A stretch of 64,000 bases of DNA from an uncultured Cytophagia bacterium (GTDB lineage: Bacteria > Zhuqueibacterota > Zhuqueibacteria > Residuimicrobiales > Residuimicrobiaceae), in assembly GCA_964436305.1 (NCBI GenBank), contig CAYTCI010000003.1, positions 22,350 through 86,349 on the forward strand, in the 5' to 3' direction. Positions within the stretch are counted from its first letter, which is position 1. The number at the start of each line of letters is the position of its first letter. A program made the position numbers and the translations under genes. Below the pieces are notes generated by a model. It did not search any database and was not told the DNA's origin. It worked only from the letters and a program-made list of their open reading frames with translations. Positions 53,409-63,692 of the stretch are shown here, piece by piece.

Positions 53409-55679
53409 TTGTCCCCCTCGAAGCGATACCTTCTTCTGATGATGCTTGTTCTCGGCCTGGCCATCCCGGTAGTGGGACAGCCCTCCCGCGATCAGTTGCC
53501 ACGCACGGCCCGGCTGCAAAAGAGCGCCGTGGACGATTATTGGCATTCCCATAATGCCGGCAATCTGGGCCTGACGGTGACCAACTATGGGGTGATCGGC
53601 GAGGGATATAACAATGCCAATCAGCCCTCCTGCCTCTACAAGTTGCATGCTGATAATCCGCGCGATCAGATCGAACACATGTCCTTTGGCGGGCTCTGGA
53701 TCGGCGGCCGCAGTGGCGCCGATGGCTTAGCGCATGTCTCCACCGCCATCGTCGATGGTGTCTTTGAGGCCGGAGAAGAGGGCTTCGAGTTCACCAACAC
53801 CGCGGATAAAGCGGATACCCTCCGCGAACGCTCCACCATTGTCACCTCGCGCTACTTTTCTCCCGAAGCGGTCTCGCACCAGGATTTTGTCGGCAACTTT
53901 ACCGATCTGAACACCCGCGTGCCGGGTACGGATTTCGAGATCCCCAATCATACCCCCCTGGGGCTGAAGGTCCACCTCGAAACCTACGCCTGGAACTATC
54001 CCTACACCGATGCCTTCGTGATCCTCAACTATACCATCACCAATGTCTCACGTTATCCGATTTCCGACCTCTACGCCGGCATCTGGGCTGATGCTGCGGT
54101 CGGCAACATGAACTACACCAGCATCTATGTCTCCGGTGGTGGCTGGTCCTGGTACGACAATTTTAACGGCTTCGACATCGATTATAACATGGCCTACCAG
54201 TTTGATGTCGACGGGGATGACGGTTTCGCGGAAAGCTATTTCGGCCTGCGCTACCTTGGCTCTTCGCGACTGCAGGATTCGGTGCGGGTCAACTATGACC
54301 AGTGGCGTTGGTCGGCCAGTTCGGCCATGGATTTTCCGGAATATGTCATGCCGGTCGATGATGCCGGGCGTTATGAAGTGCTCAAGGGCCGGCATACCGG
54401 CAAATACCTCAATGCGGCCAGCGATGGTGGCATTCCCACCGATACCGCCAATCGTGGCAGCTGGATGCTGGTGCTGAGTGCCGGCTCGCTCGGCGATCTC
54501 AAGCCGGGGGCCTCGGCAACCGTGACCTTTGCGGTGGTCTGCGGCTTGTGGGCCACCCGGGAGCGCAGCGATACCCCGGCCCGCCGCGCCAATTTGCGCC
54601 TTAACTCCGGCTGGGCCCAGATCGCCTACAACGGCGAGGATGTCGATGGCGACGGCAAACTCGATCCCGAGGAGGATACCAATGGCAACGGCCTCCTCGA
54701 CAGCAGCGAGGACAGCTACCGCGCCGATCTCGATCTCAACGGCAACCATCGTTGGGATCCGGGCGAATCGGTCTTCGGCGATGGAGATGGCCATCTGGAT
54801 GTTCAGGAGGATACCTATGCCAACCTCCTCAAAGGCATCACGGCCGGCAATGGCGTGATCGACCGCTTCATCCTCCCCAGTCCGCCGCCATCGCCCAATC
54901 TGCTGCTGGTGCCAGGCGAGGGCGAGGTGACCCTCTTCTGGGATAATGTGCCGGAGCTCACCGAGGATCCGATCACCCGCGAGATCGATTTCGAGGGCTA
55001 CCGCATCTTCAGCTCGCCCAAGACCGCTGGTTTGGGTGAAGAGAACACCCTGCTGGCCGAATTCGACCAGATCGACAACCAGTTCTATGATACCGGATTC
55101 GATGCCATCCGCACCGATACGGTCATCGCCGGCCATCGCTATTTTTACCGTTTCACCAACAAGAACCTGCTCTCCGGTTGGCCGGGAGAGTACTGGTTCG
55201 CGGTCACCGCGTTTGACCGCGGCAATCCCAAGAACAAGCTGCCCAGCCTCGAAAGCTCCATCCTCGAAAACAAGACCTACGCGGTCGTCGGGTCGCCGGC
55301 GCGTCCGGCCGGCAGCAAGCTTGCAGCGGGGGTTTTCCCCAATCCCTACCGGGCCCAGGCGCGCTGGGATGGCGACAGCGACCGGGACAAGATGCTCTGG
55401 TTCTTCAATTTGCCGGCCGAGGCCGAGGTGCGCATCTATACCCTGGCCGGCGACGTGGTCGACCAGTTCACCCACCACGGCGCCCGCTACAAGGGGGAGG
55501 ATGTCGAGCTGATGCAGCAGCGGATCGGTGGCAGCAATACCGTGCTGCCGGGTGGACTACACGCCTGGGATCTCATCTCCGCCTTTGATCAGGCCATCGC
55601 CACCGGACTCTATTTCTTCAGCGTCAAGGATCTGGCCACCGGCGAGATCCAGACCGGGAAATTCGTCGTCATCAAATAA
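53409..55679 (+). CDS. Large secreted protein with Asp-rich Ca-binding (thrombospondin type-3-like) repeats and a T9SS-like C-terminal domain
   Basis: Start is uncertain: TTG 53409 (7 nt after AAAAAGGA) gives the signal peptide SPSKRYLLLMMLVLGLAIPVVGQ; the alternative is ATG 53439. Contains DVDGDGKLDPEEDTNGNGLLDSSED...DLNGNHRWDPGE..GDGDGHLD. C-terminus: VFPNPY...VRIYTLAGDVV...GLYFFSVKD...GKFVVIK. Confidence 0.8.
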   Translation: MSPSKRYLLLMMLVLGLAIPVVGQPSRDQLPRTARLQKSAVDDYWHSHNAGNLGLTVTNYGVIGEGYNNANQPSCLYKLHADNPRDQIEHMSFGGLWIGGRSGADGLAHVSTAIVDGVFEAGEEGFEFTNTADKADTLRERSTIVTSRYFSPEAVSHQDFVGNFTDLNTRVPGTDFEIPNHTPLGLKVHLETYAWNYPYTDAFVILNYTITNVSRYPISDLYAGIWADAAVGNMNYTSIYVSGGGWSWYDNFNGFDIDYNMAYQFDVDGDDGFAESYFGLRYLGSSRLQDSVRVNYDQWRWSASSAMDFPEYVMPVDDAGRYEVLKGRHTGKYLNAASDGGIPTDTANRGSWMLVLSAGSLGDLKPGASATVTFAVVCGLWATRERSDTPARRANLRLNSGWAQIAYNGEDVDGDGKLDPEEDTNGNGLLDSSEDSYRADLDLNGNHRWDPGESVFGDGDGHLDVQEDTYANLLKGITAGNGVIDRFILPSPPPSPNLLLVPGEGEVTLFWDNVPELTEDPITREIDFEGYRIFSSPKTAGLGEENTLLAEFDQIDNQFYDTGFDAIRTDTVIAGHRYFYRFTNKNLLSGWPGEYWFAVTAFDRGNPKNKLPSLESSILENKTYAVVGSPARPAGSKLAAGVFPNPYRAQARWDGDSDRDKMLWFFNLPAEAEVRIYTLAGDVVDQFTHHGARYKGEDVELMQQRIGGSNTVLPGGLHAWDLISAFDQAIATGLYFFSVKDLATGEIQTGKFVVIK

Positions 55680-55712
55680 AAGGCTGTCCCACTAATTTGT
55701 GCAGGAGTTGGT

Positions 55713-58343
55713 TTGAAAAAACAGATACTGCTTCTCGTGCTGCTGGCCGCCCTCGGGACCTCCCTGGCTGCCATCACCCCCATCCGCGACATTCAGTACA
55801 CCACCGAGGCCTCGGGCGATTCCCCGCTCAAGGGCCAGGTGGTGACGATCAGCGGCGTGGTCACCGGTGAGATCTATGCCTTCAAAAACAGCTACTACTA
55901 TCTCCAGGATGCCAATGCTCCCTGGTCCGGCATCAAGGTTTACGACAAGACCCATTTTGCAGCCCAGGGTGACAAGGTGACCCTGACCGGCAAGGTGGAT
56001 GAATACAAGGGGGTCACCGAGATCACCACGGTGACCGACTTTATAATCGACTCGACCGGCACCAACTGGATCCAGCCGATGAATGTGACCACCGGTGAGA
56101 TTGCTACCGGGGCGGCCCATGCCGAAGCCTATGAGGGCTGTCTCATCCGCGTCGGCGCGGCCACCCTCACCAATCCCGCACTCGGCTATGGTGAGTGGCA
56201 AATCGATGACGGGTCGGGTCCCTGCCGCGTCGACGACGAGACCAAGTACTATTTTATCCCGGCCAACTATACCGCGGTGCAGTCGGTCACCGGCATCCTC
56301 GATTTTGCCAACGGCGATACCAAGATCGAACCGCGCCTGGCCGAAGACGTCATCGAGGAGGGACCCTACACCCGCATCCAGCGGATCCAGCAGGTACGCT
56401 ACAGCGACCTGCTCAAGGCGCCCACGGTTTTTGCCGGCGACAAGAGCTATATGAACGGCGATACCGTGACCGTCAAGGGCATCGTCACCATGCCGACCGG
56501 CCTCTGTTATGCCGGTGCGGGCATCAAGTTCACCTTCGAAGCCGAAGAAGGCGGCCCCTGGTCCGCCCTGCTCTCCTATCACCGCGACTCCACCGCCTAC
56601 CCGACCCTCTACGAAGGCGATGAGATCGAGATGACCGGCTATCTCTCGGAATATACCACCTCGCCCTCGAACATGACCGAGTTTTTCATCACCAGCCCGA
56701 TCAATATCCTCGACGCCGGCAAGCCGCTGCCGCCGGTCGATTCGGTCAAGACCGGCGATCTGCGCTGGCCGACCACGGCCGAGCAGTGGGGCACCGTGAT
56801 CGTCAAGGTCGGCAATGCCATGGTGACCAATCTGACCCCGCAGTACGAGCTCTTCAAGGTCGACGATGGCAGTGGCGGGGTGCTGGTCGATGACGAATCG
56901 GACAGCCTGCGCAATTATCCCGATCCGCCGCTCAAATCGGTCTTCAAGTCCATCGAGGGGTGGGTCTATAACCATTACGGTTATTACACCGACTCCACCA
57001 CCTACAAGCTGGAGCCGCTCTTCCGCTCGCGGGTTATTCCGGGCACAGCGGGTCTGGCCATCAAGAACACCACGCGCAGCACCGCAGCGCCAATCCCGAC
57101 CCAGGTGGTCACCGTCTCGACCACCCTCGACCCGGTCATCAGCGCTGCCGGCGCCAAACTCTGGTATAAAGTGGGTGATGGGGCCTATTCCACCGTGGAG
57201 ATGACGGCGAGCGGCGCGACCTTTTCCGCCGAGATCCCGGCGCAGCCGCTCAACAGCCTGGTGAGCTATTACATCGAGGCGACCGACCAGAGCGGCAAGC
57301 TGAGCTACGATCCGCCGGACCCGCTGGCGGCCAATTACTCCTACGTCGTCCTGGCCGGCCAGCCGACCCTGGCCCAGATCCAGTACACCCCCTGGGCCAG
57401 CGGCGACAGCCCCTTCCAGGGCTATAAGGTGGCGGTCGAGGGTATCGTGACCGCCGACACCCTCTTCTTCAAGAAATATGGCGCCTATCCCATTCAGGAT
57501 GCCGCCGGCGCCTGGAACGGTCTCTACATTCTTGGCAACGTGCCGAACCTGATGCGGGGCGACCGCGTGCGTGTCTATGGCACCGTCGAGGATCACAACG
57601 CCGACTATCTCTACAAGTGGGAGGGCAACACCCAGATCAAGGCCGACAGCGTCACCCTCCTTGCTCACGGCGAGGCCCTGCCGGCGATCACCGTGGTCAC
57701 CACCAATGAGCTGAAAGACAAGAGCAAATCCGCCGAGAGCTTTGAGGGGGTATTGGTGCGGATCAACAACGCCACCCTCACAGCGGTCAATTCCTACGAT
57801 GTCACTGTAGACGATGGCAGCGGCCCGTGCCTGCTCGATGCCGACGGGTTTGTCGGCCGTGATCAGGATGCCAACCCCTATTTTTATATCAACAAAAGTG
57901 CGCAGCTGTTGATCGTCGCCGGCGATACAGTACGGATCGGCGAGCAGATCAACCTTGCGCAGGGCGTCTTCCTCTACAGTTTCGGCACCCACAAGCTTGA
58001 GATCCGCAACCTTGGTGATATCGGCACGGTGACTGGTGTCCACAATGCGGTGGCGGCGCAGCCCCTGCGTTTCGATCTCGGGCAGAACTATCCCAATCCC
58101 TTCAATCCCGAGACGCGCCTCTATTTTCAGCTGCCGACTGCCGGCGAGGTCAAGCTGGTTATCTACAACGCCCGCGGGCAGATCGTGCGCAACCTGGTCG
58201 CGAGCCGCTACGATGCCGGCCAGCATGTCATCAACTGGGATGGCCGGGATAACAACGGCCAGCCGGCCCCGACCGGGGTCTATATCTATCGCATCAAGGC
58301 CGGCGACTATATCGCCGCCCGCAAGATGACGCTGGTCAAGTAG
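55713..58343 (+). CDS. Large secreted protein with three IRDIQ-type OB-like modules and a T9SS C-terminal sorting domain
   Basis: TTG start after AGGAG. Signal peptide MKKQILLLVLLAALGTSLA. The modules are ITPIRDIQYTTEASGDSPLKGQVVTISGVVTG, RIQRIQQVRYSDL...GDTVTVKGIVTMP and LAQIQYTPWASGDSPFQGYKVAVEGIVTAD. CTD: LGQNYPNPFNPETRLYFQLP...GVYIYRIKAGD...KMTLVK. Confidence 0.85.
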   Translation: MKKQILLLVLLAALGTSLAAITPIRDIQYTTEASGDSPLKGQVVTISGVVTGEIYAFKNSYYYLQDANAPWSGIKVYDKTHFAAQGDKVTLTGKVDEYKGVTEITTVTDFIIDSTGTNWIQPMNVTTGEIATGAAHAEAYEGCLIRVGAATLTNPALGYGEWQIDDGSGPCRVDDETKYYFIPANYTAVQSVTGILDFANGDTKIEPRLAEDVIEEGPYTRIQRIQQVRYSDLLKAPTVFAGDKSYMNGDTVTVKGIVTMPTGLCYAGAGIKFTFEAEEGGPWSALLSYHRDSTAYPTLYEGDEIEMTGYLSEYTTSPSNMTEFFITSPINILDAGKPLPPVDSVKTGDLRWPTTAEQWGTVIVKVGNAMVTNLTPQYELFKVDDGSGGVLVDDESDSLRNYPDPPLKSVFKSIEGWVYNHYGYYTDSTTYKLEPLFRSRVIPGTAGLAIKNTTRSTAAPIPTQVVTVSTTLDPVISAAGAKLWYKVGDGAYSTVEMTASGATFSAEIPAQPLNSLVSYYIEATDQSGKLSYDPPDPLAANYSYVVLAGQPTLAQIQYTPWASGDSPFQGYKVAVEGIVTADTLFFKKYGAYPIQDAAGAWNGLYILGNVPNLMRGDRVRVYGTVEDHNADYLYKWEGNTQIKADSVTLLAHGEALPAITVVTTNELKDKSKSAESFEGVLVRINNATLTAVNSYDVTVDDGSGPCLLDADGFVGRDQDANPYFYINKSAQLLIVAGDTVRIGEQINLAQGVFLYSFGTHKLEIRNLGDIGTVTGVHNAVAAQPLRFDLGQNYPNPFNPETRLYFQLPTAGEVKLVIYNARGQIVRNLVASRYDAGQHVINWDGRDNNGQPAPTGVYIYRIKAGDYIAARKMTLVK

Positions 58344-58356
58344 CTCTAATTCAGCG

Positions 58357-58387
58357 GGTTTGCCGGTCCGCATCCGACCGGCAAACC
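58357..58387 (+). terminator. Strong hairpin terminator candidate after the 876-aa cargo gene
   Basis: Perfect 12-bp stem GGTTTGCCGGTC (58357-58368) / GACCGGCAAACC (58376-58387) with a 7-nt loop, followed by TGATCTTTCC. Begins 14 nt after the stop at 58343. Confidence 0.6.
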
Positions 58388-58419
58388 TGATCTTTCCGGA
58401 ATCAAGCGTATTGTACTCG

Positions 58420-59922
58420 ATGATGAAAACCTGTAAACGGCTTTCGCTTCTGCTGCTGCCGCTGCTGCTGGTCCGCTGCGGGATCAAGGATCCCTTTGGC
58501 GATGATCGCACAGCCAAACCGGTGGGCAACCAGCCGCCGGAGACCCATCTGTTTCTCCAGGTGAGTCAGGAGCAGATCACCCGGGCCGATACCCTGCTCG
58601 ACGGCAGTATCGTCACCCGGTTGTATACGACCGGACTGGATACAACCGCGAGCAAGCAGATTATCCACTGGTGGGGCGATGATCCCGATGGCCAGGTGGC
58701 CGGCTATTATTACCAGTGGGACTATATGAGCGCGCCGGTTTACACCACCGCCGAGTACGACACCTTTTATGTGCCGATCCGCAGCCATTACGACGAGTTC
58801 TCATTCAGGGTTTGGGCGGTGGACGACCGGGGTCTGCAGGATCCCACACCGGCCCAGCTGCGGTTCCCCGTCTTCAATACCCCGCCGAAGATCGCCTTCC
58901 GGCTGAACTCCAATCCCGGCGTAACCGGCAACACCAACGTCACCGCCTACACCTTTCCCACACGCTCCTTTTTCTGGGATGCGGCCGACGACGACGGCAA
59001 AGAGACCATCACCCATATCTATTACGCCCTGGATGATACCACCAGCTGGACCAGCCTGGCCGGGGATGCCAGTCAGATTACCCTGCAAGGGCTGACCCCC
59101 GGCGAGCATCGCTTTTTCGTCAAGGCGCAGGATATCTCCGGGGCTACCAGTCCGACCATCTCCTTCCCCGATCCGGCCAGCACCACCTCACCGCAGCACT
59201 GGGTGGTCAAGCCCATTCAGGGCGAGCTGCTGCTGGTCAATGATTTCGCGCAGGACCAAAGTCTCTACCAGGTGCAAAAGTTTTACACCCAGATCCTCGA
59301 CCAACTGGTCGGCGCGGGCGGCTACTCGGTCTGGGAGATCGGCTCGAATACCGAGCCGCTGATCAACGCCCAGAATGCCCTGCCCTACTCCTCGATCGAT
59401 ATCGAGGCCAATCTCGCCTATTTTAAAAAGGTGATCTGGTTCGCCCATCTCGGCCGGCCGCACTTGACCGCCGCCGGTCAGGGGATCACCCGCTTTGCCG
59501 GCCGCGGTGGCAGGATCTTTATCAGCAACGGCAACGAGGAGACGCCCGACAGCACCTGGACCTTTACCAATCTCGATTCGGTTTTTCGTCTCAATCCCGG
59601 CGGACGTCTGTTGGCGGGCATCCGCATCCTCGCCAGTTTCGGCAATCCCAAGGATCCCCAGCTTGACCTGCGCCTGGAGAAGCTGATCGGCAACCGCGTC
59701 TCTGGCCTGATCCCCGGGGCCGGCGCCGAGGTGGTCCTGCGCATGGAGCCCGATACCCAGGCCTCCGTCACTGTGCCCTACAAGGGCTCGCCCCCCGTCG
59801 CCCTGCGCTATGCCATCGGTCCGGGGAAGTGTATCTACTTCTCCCTGCCGCTCCATCTGTGCAACGGCAACGGCAATATGACAGAATTTTTCCGGTACCT
59901 ACTCTTTGAAGAGTTCAACTGA
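58420..59922 (+). CDS. Lipoprotein with Ig-like/Y_Y_Y-like beta domains, function unknown
   Basis: Start reset to ATG 58420 because the track start at 58360 lies inside the terminator hairpin. Lipobox LLLVRCG. Segments WWGDDPDGQVAGYYYQWDY and ITHIYYALDDTTSW...GEHRFFVKAQD resemble Y_Y_Y-type Ig domains. Confidence 0.7.
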   Translation: MMKTCKRLSLLLLPLLLVRCGIKDPFGDDRTAKPVGNQPPETHLFLQVSQEQITRADTLLDGSIVTRLYTTGLDTTASKQIIHWWGDDPDGQVAGYYYQWDYMSAPVYTTAEYDTFYVPIRSHYDEFSFRVWAVDDRGLQDPTPAQLRFPVFNTPPKIAFRLNSNPGVTGNTNVTAYTFPTRSFFWDAADDDGKETITHIYYALDDTTSWTSLAGDASQITLQGLTPGEHRFFVKAQDISGATSPTISFPDPASTTSPQHWVVKPIQGELLLVNDFAQDQSLYQVQKFYTQILDQLVGAGGYSVWEIGSNTEPLINAQNALPYSSIDIEANLAYFKKVIWFAHLGRPHLTAAGQGITRFAGRGGRIFISNGNEETPDSTWTFTNLDSVFRLNPGGRLLAGIRILASFGNPKDPQLDLRLEKLIGNRVSGLIPGAGAEVVLRMEPDTQASVTVPYKGSPPVALRYAIGPGKCIYFSLPLHLCNGNGNMTEFFRYLLFEEFN

Positions 59923-59929
59923 AATCCGC

Positions 59930-62665
59930 ATGAGAACAACCGGCAGATCCGTCCTGTTCACCCTCTTGCTCGCCCTGTGCGCCAGCGGTGCCCTGGCACA
60001 GGGTTCCCTGATTCGCGGGCGGGTGGTCGACAAGCGCACCAATGAGGCCTTGCCAGGCGTCAACATCTCCGTGCCCGGCACCTACAAGGGGGCGGTGACC
60101 AATGTCGAGGGCCAGTACGAGATCCGCGGCCTCGCCCCGGGCGATTATGACCTCAAGGCCTCGATCATCGGCTATACCGTGCAGATGCGCACGGGGATCC
60201 ATGTCGCCGCAGACAAGACCACCCAGGCCGATTTCGCCCTCGAGTCGACGGTGCTGGCCCTCGGCCAAAGCGTCGAGGTGATCGGCCAGAAACCCCTCTT
60301 CGAGACCGATATCACCGCCTCCCAGCAGCATATCTCCTCCGACGAGATCAAGCAGAAGGTGGTGGAAAGCGTCAACGACCTGGTCGGCGAACAGCTCGGC
60401 GTCGTGGTGCAGGACAACAAGATCCACATTCGCGGCGGGCGTGCCGACGAGAGCCTCTACATCATCGACGGCCAGTCGGTCAAGGACCCCCTTTCGGGCT
60501 ACTCCAATACCCTCTATGTCAATGCCGCTGCGGTCAAGGAACTCAAGGTCATCACCGGCGGTTTTGACGCCGAGTACGGCCAGGCAATGTCCGGCGTGGT
60601 CGACATCGAGACCAAGGAGGGTGAGGATCATTATACGGGTGGCCTGAGCGTCAAATCGGACAATTGGGGCAAGGGATTGTTCCCCTCCTTCAATACCGAC
60701 ATCGCACAAGCCTCGCTCGGTGGACCGGAACCCCTCACCAGCCGGCTCTTGCCCGCCCTCGGTATCCGTCTGCCGGGCAAGACCACCTTCTTTGTCAGCG
60801 GCTACGGCAATGTCACCGACACCTATCTGCCGCACGCGCACAAGCTCTATCCCGCCAAGGCTGCTTACGACAAGCTCGCTCCGCGCCAGGAGAATGACTG
60901 GCATCTCATGGGCAAGCTTTCGTGGGAGATCCGCGCCGGGCAAAAGCTCTCGATCTCGCATGACCGCTCGCTCAATATCAATCAGGGTTATTTCACCTCC
61001 CTGGCCACCGACATCGGCGGCTTCCCCTGGGCCTATTCGAGGATGCTCGACCACTACAATACCCTGACCAAGGAAGCCAACCTCACCACGCTGCAGTGGG
61101 TCCACACCCTCAACCGCCGCACCTTTTATCGCCTCAGCCTCTCGCGCTTTTTTACCAGCATCCACTCCGCGGTGCAAAACAAAAAGTGGAGCGATTACCA
61201 GGAAGAGCTCGATCTTGAGCCGATTCTCTATATCCCGGACTCGGAGGGCAATGTTCGCACCCAGTACGGCGACGGCTTTTATGACACCGGCGACGCCGAG
61301 GGGTGGTACGACTATTTCAGCGATAACTGGACCCTCAAGGGCGATCTGACCACCCAGCCGAACGAGAAACACTCGATCCGCGGCGGATTCGAAGGGCGCT
61401 ACACCGACATGCAGGTGGTCGATATCAACGCCCCCTGGTACGGCGAGAGCGGACTCGGACGCAATCATGACTATTTCCGTGTCTATCCCAACGACGGCGC
61501 GCTCTTTCTCCAGGACCGGATCACCTATGACGGCATGATCGTCAACATCGGGCTGCGCTACGACTACTGGTTTCCCGGCAAGTATGTCGACGAAGCGATC
61601 CGGGATACCAATACCGTGACCATCACCGACGCCGCCCGCAGCAAGTACCAGGACGAGACCTTTGAGCTTTTCGGCATGCGCGGGAAAAGCCATCTCTCGC
61701 CCCGCCTCGGCATCAGCCATCCGGTCACCGACAACGATGTTCTCTATCTCCATTACGGCCACTTTTCACAGCAGCCCAAAGGCCAGTATGTCTACGCCAA
61801 GCTGCGCTCCACCTCCGAGGCCACCTACCAGCTCTTCGGCAATCCCAATCTCAAGCCGACCACCACGGTGGCCTATGAGATCGGCATCAAGCACCGCTTC
61901 AATGCCAATCAGACCCTCGAGGTCAAGGCCTATTACAAGGACATGTTCGATTATCCGACCTCGATGACGGTAAAGAAATACAGCCCCCGCTACGGCAACA
62001 TCAGCTTTTTGATGTATGTCAACATGGACTATGCCCGTTCGCGTGGTATCGAGATGCGATTTCGCCGCCGCTACAGCCAGTTCCTCAGCGGGAATATCGA
62101 CTTTACCTATGCCCTGGCCACGGGCAAGAGCTCGACCCCGAACACCAACCTGCTGGTGGTCGCCGGCAAGGTGAGCGAAAAGCCTCTGGGGGAGAGCCGT
62201 TTGAGCTGGGACCGCCCCTACCGCCTCTCGACTGATCTCTATTTTGACATGCCGGAGAAGGCGAACATCCGGCTTTTCGGCATCCGCCTGCCGGAAAAGT
62301 GGGGTCTGACGATGCGCTGGGAATATGAGTCGGGCAAGCGCTACCGGCGCATCATCGATGTGGCGAACAATATCTATCAAAAGGATGAGTACGGCTCGCT
62401 CTCCGATCCCTGGATGCGCATGGACCTGCGCTGGTACAAGGAGTTCCAGATTATGAAGACCAGGCTGGCGCTGGTGGTCGAAGCCGAGAACCTTTTCAAT
62501 GCCAGGGTGCCGCGCATCATCAATCCGGTTACCGGCCGGCCTTACCAGCCGGGCGATGTCATCCCGGTCACCTGGTACGATGATCCCAAGGACCTGCCGG
62601 CCGACAATCCAGCACGCTACGACTGGCCGCGCCGGGTGATGACCGGGCTGGAGGTGCGGTTTTAG
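59930..62665 (+). CDS. TonB-dependent-receptor-type outer-membrane barrel with N-terminal CarboxypepD_reg domain
   Basis: Start reset to ATG 59930. Signal peptide ...LALCASGALAQ. CarboxypepD_reg domain (IRGRVVDKRTNEALPGVNISV...TNVEGQYEIRGLAPGDY). Plug domain (IHIRGGRADESLYIIDGQSVKDP). Long beta-barrel ending GLEVRF. Confidence 0.85.
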   Translation: MRTTGRSVLFTLLLALCASGALAQGSLIRGRVVDKRTNEALPGVNISVPGTYKGAVTNVEGQYEIRGLAPGDYDLKASIIGYTVQMRTGIHVAADKTTQADFALESTVLALGQSVEVIGQKPLFETDITASQQHISSDEIKQKVVESVNDLVGEQLGVVVQDNKIHIRGGRADESLYIIDGQSVKDPLSGYSNTLYVNAAAVKELKVITGGFDAEYGQAMSGVVDIETKEGEDHYTGGLSVKSDNWGKGLFPSFNTDIAQASLGGPEPLTSRLLPALGIRLPGKTTFFVSGYGNVTDTYLPHAHKLYPAKAAYDKLAPRQENDWHLMGKLSWEIRAGQKLSISHDRSLNINQGYFTSLATDIGGFPWAYSRMLDHYNTLTKEANLTTLQWVHTLNRRTFYRLSLSRFFTSIHSAVQNKKWSDYQEELDLEPILYIPDSEGNVRTQYGDGFYDTGDAEGWYDYFSDNWTLKGDLTTQPNEKHSIRGGFEGRYTDMQVVDINAPWYGESGLGRNHDYFRVYPNDGALFLQDRITYDGMIVNIGLRYDYWFPGKYVDEAIRDTNTVTITDAARSKYQDETFELFGMRGKSHLSPRLGISHPVTDNDVLYLHYGHFSQQPKGQYVYAKLRSTSEATYQLFGNPNLKPTTTVAYEIGIKHRFNANQTLEVKAYYKDMFDYPTSMTVKKYSPRYGNISFLMYVNMDYARSRGIEMRFRRRYSQFLSGNIDFTYALATGKSSTPNTNLLVVAGKVSEKPLGESRLSWDRPYRLSTDLYFDMPEKANIRLFGIRLPEKWGLTMRWEYESGKRYRRIIDVANNIYQKDEYGSLSDPWMRMDLRWYKEFQIMKTRLALVVEAENLFNARVPRIINPVTGRPYQPGDVIPVTWYDDPKDLPADNPARYDWPRRVMTGLEVRF

Positions 62666-62666
62666 T

Positions 62667-63692
62667 ATGAGACAACGACTTGTAAGCATACGAGCCGGCC
62701 GCCAGGTCGCAACCCGTTCGCTGATAGCGATCCTGCTGATGGCGATTCTGCCGGCGGGCGCGCAAGGGCTGCTGCCCAGGCTCGGCGAGCAACGCGCCGG
62801 AACGGCTTCGATGACCTTTCTCAAGATCGGCGTCGGTGCGCGCGCCGCGGCGATGGGCGGCGCCTATGTTGCCATGGCCAACGACGCCTCCTCCACCTAC
62901 TGGAATCCGGCCGGCCTTGTCCAGACCGGCCACAATGAGCTGATCGTCTCGCATCTCGACTGGCTGGTCGATGTCGACTATGAGTATCTCGGCTACGTGC
63001 ATCAGGCGACCCGCAATCTCGCCCTGGGTGGCTTCATCGGCTATCTTCACTTTGCCGACATGCCGGTGACCACCGAATATCATCCCTACGGCAATGGCGA
63101 CTACTTCTCCTACAGCGACATGGTCGCCGGGATCAGCGGCTCCCTGAAAATGACCGACCGTTTCTCCTTTGGTATCACGGTCAAGTATGTTCGCGAGGAG
63201 CTGGCCGAGCTGCGCATGGGCGGAATGCTGCTCGATCTCGGTACCTACTACTGGACCGGGTACAAGACCCTGCGGATCGCCGCGGCGATGCGTAATTTTG
63301 GCAATGATGTCCGTCCGGGCGGCACCTACCTGCGCCGGGAATCGGGCGGCGAGACCGAGACGGCCTATCAGTCCTTTTCGCCGCCGACGCTCTTTGCCCT
63401 GGGCGCTGCTATGGATCTGCTGACCCGGCCGCACCACTGCCTCACCGGCAGCCTGCAAATGAACCATCCCATGGATGACCAGGAGAATTTGCTGTTGGGA
63501 TGCGAGTACCGCTTCCGCACGCTCTTCTTCCTGCGCGGCGGCTATCGCGCCAACATGGATGAGAACCAGTGGACCTTCGGTGCAGGGGCCAAATTCATCC
63601 TCAAGGGGGTGCGGCTCAAGCTGGACTATGCCTACGCCGACTATACCCATCTGAATATGTCGCAGCAGTTTACTTTTGGATTTGAATTTTGA
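62667..63692 (+). CDS. PorV/PorQ-family (UPF0164-like) outer-membrane beta-barrel protein
   Basis: Signal peptide. GTASMTFLKIGVGARAAAMGGAYVAMANDASSTYWNPAGL is the family N-terminal signature. C-terminus FTFGFEF. Starts 2 nt after the receptor stop. Confidence 0.7.
   Translation: MRQRLVSIRAGRQVATRSLIAILLMAILPAGAQGLLPRLGEQRAGTASMTFLKIGVGARAAAMGGAYVAMANDASSTYWNPAGLVQTGHNELIVSHLDWLVDVDYEYLGYVHQATRNLALGGFIGYLHFADMPVTTEYHPYGNGDYFSYSDMVAGISGSLKMTDRFSFGITVKYVREELAELRMGGMLLDLGTYYWTGYKTLRIAAAMRNFGNDVRPGGTYLRRESGGETETAYQSFSPPTLFALGAAMDLLTRPHHCLTGSLQMNHPMDDQENLLLGCEYRFRTLFFLRGGYRANMDENQWTFGAGAKFILKGVRLKLDYAYADYTHLNMSQQFTFGFEF

Noticed and set aside
58360-58419. Track start (58360) of the lipoprotein ORF
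   Set aside because: It lies inside the 12-bp-stem terminator hairpin. ATG 58420 gives a clean lipoprotein signal peptide (MMKTCKRLSLLLLPLLLVRC).
55692-58529. 945-aa minus-strand ORF
   Set aside because: It is antisense to the 876-aa T9SS cargo gene, which has a signal peptide, internal repeats and a textbook CTD. The antisense product is G/R/D/A/V-rich and featureless, and it runs through the terminator hairpin.
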